Shown: piece by piece, positions 37,716 through 46,688 of the stretch
Layout: every line of letters begins with the position of its first letter
Position numbering within the stretch: the stretch's first letter is position 1
NCBI GenBank assembly: GCA_045545475.1
Contig: JAZQAZ010000031.1
Location: forward strand, 25,164-89,163
Reading direction: 5' to 3'
Length of the DNA stretch: 64,000 nt
Source: Clostridia bacterium
GTDB lineage: Bacteria > Bacillota > Clostridia > CAKSNL01 > HGM11501
Program-made: the position numbers and the translations under genes
The notes under the pieces: generated by a model
Seen by the model: only the letters and a program-made list of their open reading frames with translations
Database searches by the model: none
What the model was told of the DNA's origin: nothing

Positions 37716-38369
37716 TTACTCTTCATCAAGTATTGTTGTATCGAAATACTTCATAAGCTCGGGGTGGGGGCTGGGGATGCATTCAGAGCCGAATACTTCA
37801 CCCAAGGGAGCGCATTCCTCTGCACCGTGATCAAGAGAAGCCTTAACTGCAGATACGTTACCTGCCACAACAAGTGTAACAAGTCTTCCGCCGAGACGCT
37901 CTTCCTTGTGAAGAAGTCTTACACTTGCAGCCTTGAGCATAGCATCTAAGCCTACAACTGCGGCGGTGAAGCCCGAAACCTCGAAGATACCGAGAGCCTT
38001 GCCGAAGGAAACATCACTTGCGGGAACGTCCTTCATGCTCTTTGGGAATTTCTTATTGAATTTATCTCTGTTAAAATCAAGTAAATATGCCATCTTTTCA
38101 GCCTGCTCGTCAGGGCGGGCGATAACGTGGGAAACAATAAATCTTCCCTTGGACTTGGCATATTCTTCACCTGCTTCAACAGCTGCCTTAACTGCCGCAA
38201 CGCTACCTTCAACCTTTACACCCATAATGAGGGGAGCAGGAATTTTGGGAGCGAAAGGACGATTTCTGTCAAAGGCGATAAGCTTGACATCTGCTGCCTT
38301 TACCATTACATCAGCGGCACAGAGGGCTGTTGTCAGGCTGTATACTTCTATCATGCCGAATGCATTCAT
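37716..38369 (-). CDS. Tandem BMC-domain shell protein
   Basis: Two BMC domains (AFGMIEV..AADVMVKAA..VIARP; ALGIFEV..DAMLKAA..IPSPH). Confidence 0.88.
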   Translation of the reverse strand: MNAFGMIEVYSLTTALCAADVMVKAADVKLIAFDRNRPFAPKIPAPLIMGVKVEGSVAAVKAAVEAGEEYAKSKGRFIVSHVIARPDEQAEKMAYLLDFNRDKFNKKFPKSMKDVPASDVSFGKALGIFEVSGFTAAVVGLDAMLKAASVRLLHKEERLGGRLVTLVVAGNVSAVKASLDHGAEECAPLGEVFGSECIPSPHPELMKYFDTTILDEE

Positions 38370-38388
38370 TTATCTCAATCCTCTCAAA

Positions 38389-39783
38389 TTAAACAATATG
38401 GAAGCCGTCAACAAGTACGCAACGTCTGCTTCTTGTGAAGGAGTGTGCTGCGGTTAAGCCTTCTCCTGTGGGACCTGCGATGGTGAAGGTGGTATAACCC
38501 TCGCCGCCTGCGCCGATTCCGGCATAGGAGGGAGCGTTCTTAACGAAGATTGTTGTTTCAACTTCGCGTGCAAATCTTGTAAGATGGTCAACGTTCTTGG
38601 AGTGGATGTGAGCAGAGTGGCGGTTGCCGTGTTCTGCCTGTACTGCAAGAGTGATTGCCTCATCAATATCGTCAACTCTTACGATTGCGAGGATGGGCAT
38701 CATCATTTCAACCTGAACGAAGGGATGGTTTGCATCAGTTTCGCAGATGATGAGCTTTGTGCCTGCGGGAGCATCAATTCCGAGAGCGGCAAGGAACTTA
38801 ACAGCGTCCTTTCCAACCCACTTCTTATTGATGTCGTACTTGCCGTTCTTATTAACAAGGCAAAGCTCCATAAGTCTGTCGATGTCAGCACCCTTTAAGA
38901 GGTATGCACCGTGCTTCTGCATTTCGGAAATAAGGATATCGGCGATATTTCTGAATGCAAAGCATTCTTTTTCAGCGATACAGGGAAGGTTGTTGTCGAA
39001 GCTTGAGCCGTCAACAATGTCCTTTGCAGCCTTGTATACGTCAGCTGTGTCGTCAACGATAACGGGAGGATTACCTGCACCTGCACCGATTGCCTTTTTA
39101 CCTGAGGATAAAAGAGCCTTAACAACGCCGGGTCCGCCTGTTGCAACAAGCATTCTTACGATGGGAGACTGCATCATTTCGTCGGAGGATTCCTTTGTGG
39201 GATTCTCAACGGAAACAACTAAGTTCTCAGGTCCGCCTGCTTCAAGTACCGCACGATTTACAAGGTCAACTGCATAGTTTGCAGTATCCTTTGCATTGGG
39301 GTGGGGGTTAAATACTACTGCATTACCGCCTGCAATCATACCTATGGAGTTACAAAGAACTGTTTCACTGGGGTTGGTGGAGGGGGTGATGCTTCCGATA
39401 ACTCCGTAGGGAGCCATTTCGATTAAGGTAAGACCTTCGTCGCCTGTCATAGCAGTGGGCTTTAAGTCTTCTGTACCGGGAGTCTTCTTCGCAACAAGCT
39501 GATGCTTTATAATCTTGTCGTGAACGTTACCCATTCCGGTTTCCTTAACGCCGAGCTCAGCCATAACTTCAGCTTCTTCCAAGGTGAGGCGTCTGATATT
39601 TTTAATCATTTCCTCTCTTTGGGCAACTGTGTAGCTCTTAAGTTCTTTATAAGCCTTGCTTACTGCGTTAAGTGCGTCTGTCATATTGGTGAAAACGCCC
39701 TTTTTGTGAGTCTGGGGACGAACCTCGCCCATGGACTTGATTACGCTTGCAACGATTTCACTTATCATTTTTTCGTTATCCAT
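38389..39783 (-). CDS. pduP: CoA-acylating aldehyde dehydrogenase (PduP/EutE) with encapsulation peptide
   Basis: ITPSTNPSET, ATGGPGVV, GAGAGNPP, FDNNLPCIAEK, GPTGEG. Confidence 0.93.
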   Translation of the reverse strand: MDNEKMISEIVASVIKSMGEVRPQTHKKGVFTNMTDALNAVSKAYKELKSYTVAQREEMIKNIRRLTLEEAEVMAELGVKETGMGNVHDKIIKHQLVAKKTPGTEDLKPTAMTGDEGLTLIEMAPYGVIGSITPSTNPSETVLCNSIGMIAGGNAVVFNPHPNAKDTANYAVDLVNRAVLEAGGPENLVVSVENPTKESSDEMMQSPIVRMLVATGGPGVVKALLSSGKKAIGAGAGNPPVIVDDTADVYKAAKDIVDGSSFDNNLPCIAEKECFAFRNIADILISEMQKHGAYLLKGADIDRLMELCLVNKNGKYDINKKWVGKDAVKFLAALGIDAPAGTKLIICETDANHPFVQVEMMMPILAIVRVDDIDEAITLAVQAEHGNRHSAHIHSKNVDHLTRFAREVETTIFVKNAPSYAGIGAGGEGYTTFTIAGPTGEGLTAAHSFTRSRRCVLVDGFHIV

Positions 39784-39802
39784 AATTCATCCGGCCTTTC
39801 TA

Positions 39803-40351
39803 TTAAAGAATTGATTTCCAAATTTCCTTTGTGGGACGGGCAATAACGGCGCTGTCAAGGTAAGTGCCTTCTTCTTTTATTGCCTGTTTTGCCTTTTCGA
39901 TTGCCGCTTCGACTGCAGCAACTTCTCCCGTTATGAACATATAGCTCTTGCCGCTCATACCCTTTGCAATTCTAAGTTCAATAAGCTTTACAATGGCTGT
40001 TTTTGCGGCAATATCTGCGGCAACTATGATAGATGACGCAGTAAATGTTTCAAGTATACCGAGGGCGGATACCTCACCGGGATCTGATGAACCGTACATG
40101 GCGGGGAAGATGTCCTCGTGGGGATTTCCAAGTATGAAGCTGTCAACAAGCTTTGCCGGAAAGTGTGTTTTTGCGGCATCCACCGCTGCTTTTACAGCAC
40201 TCAGCGCACCGCTTACTATTACAATATACTTGCCGGGGCAGACTGTCATAGCCGTGATAATTTCAACTTCTGCAGTTTTTGACATAATGTCTGCTGCCTG
40301 TACGCCGGTGGTTACGTTAAAGTACTCCACCATTCCGATTGCTTTTGGCAT
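39803..40351 (-). CDS. pduT: Tandem BMC shell protein, PduT-like (Fe-S pore Cys)
   Basis: Two BMC domains, TVCPGKY motif, GMSGK. Confidence 0.88.
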   Translation of the reverse strand: MPKAIGMVEYFNVTTGVQAADIMSKTAEVEIITAMTVCPGKYIVIVSGALSAVKAAVDAAKTHFPAKLVDSFILGNPHEDIFPAMYGSSDPGEVSALGILETFTASSIIVAADIAAKTAIVKLIELRIAKGMSGKSYMFITGEVAAVEAAIEKAKQAIKEEGTYLDSAVIARPTKEIWKSIL

Positions 40352-40376
40352 AATGTGCTTCCTTTCAGTTTAATTC

Positions 40377-41705
40377 TCAGTTTATTTTTACGGTAACGCT
40401 CTTCTCCGTCACATCTGTTACAGTTCCGTTTACGGAAGAGTGGATAGGAAGGGAAAGTGCATTTTCGGCTGCAGCGGCAATTATGTCGCCGACCTTAACC
40501 GTATCGCCCTTCTTAACGGCAACTACCGGGGGTGCACCGATACTCTGGGCTAAAGATATTTTTACTTTTGCTGTCTTTATTTCAGTCTCGTCAAGGGGTG
40601 CGTCATGATCGTATTTTACTATGTCAAGACGGCTTATAAGACGTGACATGGGAACAAGTCTTCCGTCTCTTTCTTCCTTGGCATCAATGGGTGCAGGAAG
40701 GGGATCGGGTTTAAGTCCGTTTTTACGGAGCTTGGATTTATATATTCCGATAAGTGCGGCGGGGCTTAAGCCCTGAGGGCAGGAATACATCTCACAAAGA
40801 CCGCAGCCTGAACAGTAAAGGGTGTTAACCAGTGCGGGAACATCCGTATTACCGCTTGAAATGCAGCGCATAAAAGCTGCAGGGTCTATCGGGTGATTGA
40901 GTAAGTTTCTTGAGCAAAGGTCGGTGCAGGTTCTGCACTGACAGCAAGTGCCCATTGCCCTTGTTACACTTATGGTAACTTTCTGAGTCCTTGTGCCTAC
41001 GATATGATGATTTTTAGGAAGTACGATGATGGCATTGCTTGTCTTTGTAACAGTGCCGGATTCATCTGTAAGTCTTCCTGTCATAGGTCCTCCGTGAATA
41101 ATTGCAGTATCTTCTGCGGTTTTGCCGCCGCAAAGTGCAATCAAATCAGAAAAGGACGTACCGATAGGCGCTAAAACCGTTTTGGGATTTTTTACTTCGC
41201 CCGTAACGGTTATATATTTATGGGTTACGCTTTTTCCTTCGAAAACCGCACGGTAAATATTAAGGGCGGTTTCTACGTTTATTACGGCAGCACCCACATC
41301 AAGGGGAAGGCCGCCGGCAGGAACGACTCTTTTAATGGTGTCGTAAACGAGGATTACCTCGTCACCTGCGGGATAAATTTCTTTCAGCAGATGAAGTCTG
41401 CCTTTTTCGTGGTCGGGAAGTACACGGTTAACAGCATCAACGGCGTTTTTGTATGCCCCCTTAACCGCCACGATAAATTCTTTGGCACCAAGCACTTCAC
41501 AAACCAGTGAGAGTGCCTTCATTATTTCTTCTGCGTATGTAGCAATAATCTGTCTGTGAACGCGAAGCAGTGGCTCGCATTCAGCGCAGTTCAAAATAAC
41601 GTATTCTGCCTTTTCGCTCATTTTAGCGTAAGTGGGGAAACCGGCACCTCCGGCACCGGCTACACCGCTAGCCTTGAGTATTTCTTTTAATTTTGTAATA
41701 TCCAT
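40377..41705 (-). CDS. pduS: PduS/RnfC-like flavin Fe-S oxidoreductase
   Basis: GAGGAGFPT, NCAECEPLL, YPAGDE, GGPMTG, CCQCRTCTDLC, CSGCGLCEMYSC. Confidence 0.9.
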   Translation of the reverse strand: MDITKLKEILKASGVAGAGGAGFPTYAKMSEKAEYVILNCAECEPLLRVHRQIIATYAEEIMKALSLVCEVLGAKEFIVAVKGAYKNAVDAVNRVLPDHEKGRLHLLKEIYPAGDEVILVYDTIKRVVPAGGLPLDVGAAVINVETALNIYRAVFEGKSVTHKYITVTGEVKNPKTVLAPIGTSFSDLIALCGGKTAEDTAIIHGGPMTGRLTDESGTVTKTSNAIIVLPKNHHIVGTRTQKVTISVTRAMGTCCQCRTCTDLCSRNLLNHPIDPAAFMRCISSGNTDVPALVNTLYCSGCGLCEMYSCPQGLSPAALIGIYKSKLRKNGLKPDPLPAPIDAKEERDGRLVPMSRLISRLDIVKYDHDAPLDETEIKTAKVKISLAQSIGAPPVVAVKKGDTVKVGDIIAAAAENALSLPIHSSVNGTVTDVTEKSVTVKIN

Positions 41706-41708
41706 TAA

Positions 41709-41978
41709 TTAAAACTCCAATTCTGTGCCGGAGTCCACGATGCCGACAATTGCCGCATCAATGGGACTTGATTCCTTTCCGCAGCCGATTCTTGCTGCGC
41801 TACCTGTTGCAATTAAAACTGTTTCGCCGATACCGCAACCTACGTTATCGACTGCAACAAAGCGTTCGGATGGTTGAGCCTTGCCTAAGGCAGGCTCAAC
41901 CACCATGAATTTGCTTCCGACCAGATTGTCATTTTTTCTTGTGGATACGATGCTTCCGACTACTTTTGCAATAATCAT
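41709..41978 (-). CDS. BMC vertex pentamer (EutN/CcmL/PduN family)
   Basis: VVGSIVSTRK, VAVDNVGCGIGE, GSAAR, PIDAAIVGIVD. Confidence 0.95.
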   Translation of the reverse strand: MIIAKVVGSIVSTRKNDNLVGSKFMVVEPALGKAQPSERFVAVDNVGCGIGETVLIATGSAARIGCGKESSPIDAAIVGIVDSGTELEF

Positions 41979-42020
41979 AATAGAGCATCCTTTCTTGGAA
42001 AAAATGATTTTTTGAAAAAA

Positions 42021-42461
42021 TTACTTAAGTACGGGAATAATCTTTTCAACGTCTGAGTGAGGTCTGGGAATAACGTGAGTAGCGATGATTTCACCAAGCT
42101 TGGAAGCATTGGTCTGACCTGCTTCTACAGCAGACTTAACAGCGCCTACGTCACCTCTAACCATAACGCTTACAAGACCGGAACCGATCTTCTCTGTGCC
42201 AACTAACTGAACGTTAGCAGCCTTGAGCATTGCGTCAGCAGCTTCGATTGCTGCAACTAAACCTCTTGTTTCGATGATACCTAAAGCTTCGAGTGACATT
42301 TTCTTTTCCTCCTTAACTTTAATTACTTCTTCTTTTTTTACCGGAGCTTCTGCTACGGCTTTATTTTCAGCCTCTGCCTTTGCGGGCTCAGCCTTTGCTG
42401 CTGCGGGAGAAGCAGCCTTGGGAGCCGCCTTCTTCGGAGCAGTTTTCTTTTCTTCAGCCAT
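42021..42461 (-). CDS. BMC hexamer (PduA/J-like) with 54-aa Ala/Lys/Glu/Pro-rich N-terminal extension and internal start at 42299
   Basis: [37 protein letters not shown]; RBS at both starts. Confidence 0.92.
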   Translation of the reverse strand: MAEEKKTAPKKAAPKAASPAAAKAEPAKAEAENKAVAEAPVKKEEVIKVKEEKKMSLEALGIIETRGLVAAIEAADAMLKAANVQLVGTEKIGSGLVSVMVRGDVGAVKSAVEAGQTNASKLGEIIATHVIPRPHSDVEKIIPVLK

Positions 42462-42494
42462 GTTGTTTACCGCCTTTCGTTAAAAGGTAATAAA

Positions 42495-42770
42495 TCAGAA
42501 CTTGGGAAGGATCTTTTCAACGTCTTCGTGGGGTCTGGGAATTACGTGTACAGCGATGAGCTCACCAAGTCTGGATGCAGCAGCGCTTCCAGCTTCTGTA
42601 GCAGCCTTAACAGCACCTACATCGCCTCTAACCATAACGCTTACAAGACCGGAACCGATCTTTTCTGTGCCGATGAGAACTACCTCAGCAGCCTTAACCA
42701 TTGCATCTGCTGCTTCAACAGCTGCGGTTAAACCTCTTGTTTCAATCATACCTAATGCTTCTTTTGCCAT
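42495..42770 (-). CDS. BMC hexamer (PduA/EutM-like)
   Basis: [30 protein letters not shown]. Confidence 0.95.
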   Translation of the reverse strand: MAKEALGMIETRGLTAAVEAADAMVKAAEVVLIGTEKIGSGLVSVMVRGDVGAVKAATEAGSAAASRLGELIAVHVIPRPHEDVEKILPKF

Positions 42771-42808
42771 TTTGATATCCTCCTAAAAATTAATTTCTTT
42801 TTTATTTA

Positions 42809-44380
42809 TTATTCATTAATGATTGCGATTTTAAGTCCGCTCATTGCAAGATTTGTCTTGTGAGCTTCGTTGATTTCGGAAAGGGGGAACTTATGTGTGA
42901 TAAGCTTTCCAATCGGAAGACCGATTCCCTTAGCTCTCTTTAAGAAATCAAAGGTTGTTGCGTAGTCACGAAGTGTGTATACCCAAGAACCAACTGTTGT
43001 GATTTCCTTTGAGCAAATATCGAAATGGGGGTTGATTGTTGCGTCTCCGCCGTTGATGAAGAAGCCGAGCTCGCAAAGACCGCCGCCGTTTCTTATGAAC
43101 TTATAGATGTTTGCGTGAGCGATGGGGGAGCCTGTGCACTGGAATGCAAAGTCAGCAAGATAGCCGCCGAATGCATTTTCAACACCCTTTGCAAGTTCTT
43201 CAACACCCTTGTGGTTTTTGAAGTTTACTGTGCCGGTTGCACCCATTTCCTTAGCAAAGTCAAGTCTCTTGTCCTCACCGTCAACTGCAACGATGTTTTC
43301 GATACCCATTGTACGAAGTATTGCGATACAGATGAGTCCGATGGGGCCGCAGCCCTGAACAACAACTCTTGAGTTGAAGCGAAGGATTCCTGTTGTCTTG
43401 GCACGCTCAACTGCGTGGATTAAAACTGCACAGGGTTCGATTAAGATTCTTGAATCTAAGTCAAGGTCGCTTACGTTAAATACGGTAGAACCGCCTCTTA
43501 CTACTATGTAATCAGCAAACCATCCGTTTAAGTGAATGTCGTCGTCGGGAAGAAGTCCGTAAACGTCTGCACCGCCTACATTCTGCTTATTTAAGTCAAA
43601 CATTGTGATGTCGGGGTTGTCTTTGAAAATCATACAGGTTACAACCTTGTCGCCTACTGCGAGGGGCTTTCCTGCACTGTCTTTCTTGACATTTTTACCC
43701 ATCTTTACGATCTCACCTGTTCCCTCGTGACCGAGTACAACGGGGATAAGACCGAAGGGGTCTCTCTTGAATTCATGAGCATCTGTTCCGCAGACACCGC
43801 AGCCTTCTACTTTAACAAGGATGTCGTCATCGCCAAGCTCGGGGATGGGGAATTCCTTGATTTCGTAGTTTTCAAGCTTTGTGAGCATTGCTGCGCGGCT
43901 TGTTTTCGGAATGGGGCCTGCTGCCTTAGGAGCACTTGCCTTGGGTGCAGCTGACTGATTCATTTCGGAAAGAACCTGCTGAACAATAGCCTGAATCTTG
44001 TCCTGGTTAATATCCATAGCTATTCTCCTCTCAGATTTATTTTGTTTTATTATGTCGCCTTCAATGACGCCGATCGCGGGGAAGGGAAGTTTCTTCTCTA
44101 AAAGACTGTCGCCATTAAAGGAATCGTAGATGATGAATTTGGGTGTTGCGTTTGTAATTGCGTGGCAGGCAAAGAGTACTGCACTTATGCTTTTTGTATT
44201 CTTTGAAACACGAAAGATTGTTTCTGCCTGCACCCTTGATGCCGGATAACCGCCGTTTTCAATAAGGTGGTAGATAAACTCGCCTTTTTTATCGGAAGGA
44301 ACGGTTACTTTTGCGTTGCCTTTAACCGTTTCAGCCAGCTTTTCGGCATTTTTCGCAAAGTCATCTGTTATGCTTTGCAT
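42809..44380 (-). CDS. Zn-dependent (MDR) alcohol dehydrogenase with 121-aa unknown N-terminal segment; internal start at 44017
   Basis: CGVCGTD, GHEGTG, GCGPIG; encapsulation peptide DKIQAIVQQVLSEM after Met122; RBS at both starts. Confidence 0.88.
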   Translation of the reverse strand: MQSITDDFAKNAEKLAETVKGNAKVTVPSDKKGEFIYHLIENGGYPASRVQAETIFRVSKNTKSISAVLFACHAITNATPKFIIYDSFNGDSLLEKKLPFPAIGVIEGDIIKQNKSERRIAMDINQDKIQAIVQQVLSEMNQSAAPKASAPKAAGPIPKTSRAAMLTKLENYEIKEFPIPELGDDDILVKVEGCGVCGTDAHEFKRDPFGLIPVVLGHEGTGEIVKMGKNVKKDSAGKPLAVGDKVVTCMIFKDNPDITMFDLNKQNVGGADVYGLLPDDDIHLNGWFADYIVVRGGSTVFNVSDLDLDSRILIEPCAVLIHAVERAKTTGILRFNSRVVVQGCGPIGLICIAILRTMGIENIVAVDGEDKRLDFAKEMGATGTVNFKNHKGVEELAKGVENAFGGYLADFAFQCTGSPIAHANIYKFIRNGGGLCELGFFINGGDATINPHFDICSKEITTVGSWVYTLRDYATTFDFLKRAKGIGLPIGKLITHKFPLSEINEAHKTNLAMSGLKIAIINE

Positions 44381-44398
44381 TGTAACCTTCCTTTCTTC

Positions 44399-44908
44399 TC
44401 AGACGAGATTATTTTTGAAATAATCAGCACCGTAGGCTGAAAGGTAGGTATCCAGTTCCTCTGTTCCACCGGAAACGCCAAGGCCTCCGACAACAGCATC
44501 GCCGATCTTTAAGGGATCGCCGCCGCCGAACACCACGATACGGCAGTCATTTGTAAACTGTATTCCGTATAAGGGCTGGTTTGGCTGAGCCATGCTCTTT
44601 AAAGCGCTTGTAGGCATCTTAAGTGCCACAGAGGTATATGCCTTCTGCAAAGCAACATCATAGCTTGCGATGAAGGAATCATCGGTTGCGTGAATCAAAA
44701 TCGGGTTTGCACCGGAATTTGTAATGGCGATTACCGCCTTCACACCAACCTTTGCTGCTTCCTTTTCAACGGCTTCGGCTAAAAGCTTTGCAGTATTCAA
44801 GGTTATGTTATCTGTTTTGTAAGTAGAAGAACTACCTGTATTAAAGGAAGGCGATTTTATATTATCCTTTACGGCATCGACGATTTTTCTTAAATCTTTC
44901 TCGTCCAT
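44399..44908 (-). CDS. GlcG/HbpS/PduO-C-terminal heme-binding protein with encapsulation peptide
   Basis: VALQKAYTSV, VFGGG.PL, GGLGVSGGT..D. Confidence 0.88.
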   Translation of the reverse strand: MDEKDLRKIVDAVKDNIKSPSFNTGSSSTYKTDNITLNTAKLLAEAVEKEAAKVGVKAVIAITNSGANPILIHATDDSFIASYDVALQKAYTSVALKMPTSALKSMAQPNQPLYGIQFTNDCRIVVFGGGDPLKIGDAVVGGLGVSGGTEELDTYLSAYGADYFKNNLV

Positions 44909-44933
44909 AAAACCATCCTTTATATAACGGAAA

Positions 44934-45743
44934 TTACTTTCCGAGGCTTTCCATTACTTTCTTTGTGATCTGTGCGATAAGCTCTGCATCGGAGCAAGAA
45001 GAAGTGCATCCGCCTTCTTCAACGCCCTGGTGGCAGTTGTGGCAGCTCTGAACGCCTGCTTTTGCATTTAAGCAGATGTCAGCGGGGTGCTTACCTGTCA
45101 TACCGAATGCACGGCGAACTTCGTAAAGTCTCTTAACCTGTTCCTTGGAAAGCTCCTTGGGACCGCCGAGCTGCTTTGACTGATAGAGAAGCTGAGCATA
45201 GAACTCAACGGATTCCATCTTGTGATAAGCAGAAAGAAGGCTGTCAGAGAAGGAAAGAGCACCGTGGTTTGCAAGGAGTACAGCGTCAAAGTGCTGAAGG
45301 TACTTTTCAACTGCATCGGGAATTTCCTCTGTGGAGGGTGTACCGTAATCAGCAATCGGAACGCAGCCAAGTGCGATTACAGCTTCGGGCATGATGGGTG
45401 CTGTAAGGGGAACACCTGCGATTGCAAAGCTTGTTGCATAAAGGGGATGAGCGTGAACAACAGCTTTAACGTCAGGTCTCTGCTTATAAACTCTCATATG
45501 CATCTTGATTTCGGAGGAGGGACGGAAATTACCTGTTGCTGAAATTACCTTACCGTCGCCGTCAACCTTACAGATATAGTCGGGTGTCATGAAGCCCTTG
45601 GAAACACCTGTGGGTGTGCAAAGGAATTCGTTTTCACCGATCTTAACAGAAATGTTACCGTCGTTGGAAGCAACCATTCCCTTGTCATAGATTCTTTTAC
45701 CGATGTCGCAAATTTGTTTTTTGATTTCGTATTCGTTTACCAT
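44934..45743 (-). CDS. fucA: Class II aldolase (L-fuculose-1-phosphate aldolase-like) with C-terminal encapsulation peptide
   Basis: DGNIS, TPTG, PSSEIKMH, VVHAHP, LANHG; C-terminal ELIAQITKKVMESL. Confidence 0.85.
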   Translation of the reverse strand: MVNEYEIKKQICDIGKRIYDKGMVASNDGNISVKIGENEFLCTPTGVSKGFMTPDYICKVDGDGKVISATGNFRPSSEIKMHMRVYKQRPDVKAVVHAHPLYATSFAIAGVPLTAPIMPEAVIALGCVPIADYGTPSTEEIPDAVEKYLQHFDAVLLANHGALSFSDSLLSAYHKMESVEFYAQLLYQSKQLGGPKELSKEQVKRLYEVRRAFGMTGKHPADICLNAKAGVQSCHNCHQGVEEGGCTSSCSDAELIAQITKKVMESLGK

Positions 45744-45784
45744 AAATCATTTCTCCTTCTTCTTAAAGAATATTCGACAACATA

Positions 45785-45826
45785 ATATTATCACATTATC
45801 TTTGGTTTGTCAACAATAAAATGTTG
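45785..45826 (-). promoter_or_regulatory. Internal sigmaA promoter upstream of the aldolase with overlapping palindrome
   Basis: TTGACA(45813-45808)-17 bp-TAATAT with TGn; CAACA-N6-TGTTG at 45811-45826. Confidence 0.7.
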
Positions 45827-45831
45827 TTTTT

Positions 45832-46305
45832 TTACTTTTTTTCTGTGGATTTGTTGGTTTTATCTGTCCATCCCAAATAATCCTTAAGCTCGTCTATCCC
45901 CTGGTTTGCGGTGGAGTTGACGAAAAATATCTTTTTACAGCCTGCCAGACGAAGCCAGTTTTCCGCATTTTTTATGTTTGCGTTTTTGTGGTCTATCTTG
46001 GTTACTATTCCGATTACCTCTTTCGGCGTCATACAGGTGATGCAGGGAGGGTAAAGGGAATAGGGCTCTGTTGCACTTAAAAGAAGACCTATTACATCCG
46101 CTTCGTAGGAATAGATGGCGATGGCTGTGCCCAGGTTTTTTGTTTGTATGTATTCGCCGGGGGTATCGATTAAAATATCGTCCATGGCGATTGCCTGGGT
46201 TTTAACGTAATCAACGGTCTGTCCTCTTATTGCCTGAGTGAGTGTGGTTTTTCCCGCCTCACTTCTGCCTAAGAGTAAAAGACGCTTGTGCTTTCTTTTA
46301 ATCAT
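45832..46305 (-). CDS. EutP/PduV family small P-loop NTPase
   Basis: GRSEAGKTT, KTQAI, IDTPGEY, VTKID; ATGA overlap with the upstream gene. Confidence 0.9.
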   Translation of the reverse strand: MIKRKHKRLLLLGRSEAGKTTLTQAIRGQTVDYVKTQAIAMDDILIDTPGEYIQTKNLGTAIAIYSYEADVIGLLLSATEPYSLYPPCITCMTPKEVIGIVTKIDHKNANIKNAENWLRLAGCKKIFFVNSTANQGIDELKDYLGWTDKTNKSTEKK

Positions 46306-46664
46306 GTCTTTGTTATTTCGCACACCGTATAGCCAAGCTTTTCTTTGCAGTAAGCACAGATTGCACGGAGGGATTCCTCAACGGAGGAAACGGTGCCTGT
46401 GATTATGAGTGAGCCTGAAAAGCGGTCAACAAAGCCAAGCTCCGCACCGGAGGACTTTATTGCAATGTCGCCGCAGATTATTGCTGTTTCGGCAGGGGAT
46501 ACTGTGAGTATGCCGATTGCACTGCTTGTGTAATCGATTGATGTGTCAAGTCCCAGCTTCTGGTATAAAACTTCATCGGGGTTTGCGATGATGTGGGCAA
46601 GGGTTATCTGCTTACCGGGAACCAGTTCCTGGACTATTCTTGCTTTATCGTGCAATATTTCCAT
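46302..46664 (-). CDS. Permuted BMC shell protein (EutS/PduU family)
   Basis: RIVQELVPGKQITLAH, AIGILTVSPAE, FVDRFSGSL. Confidence 0.92.
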   Translation of the reverse strand: MEILHDKARIVQELVPGKQITLAHIIANPDEVLYQKLGLDTSIDYTSSAIGILTVSPAETAIICGDIAIKSSGAELGFVDRFSGSLIITGTVSSVEESLRAICAYCKEKLGYTVCEITKT

Positions 46665-46688
46665 CGGAATCTTCCTTTCTTATAAAGG

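Noticed and set aside
42021-42770. Similar DNA in two adjacent shell genes as an assembly duplication or mobile repeat
   Set aside because: Many synonymous and amino-acid differences; ordinary BMC-H paralogs
44399-44908. Cobalamin adenosyltransferase PduO / B12-dependent pdu pathway
   Set aside because: Only the C-terminal GlcG-like domain is present and there are no pduCDE genes
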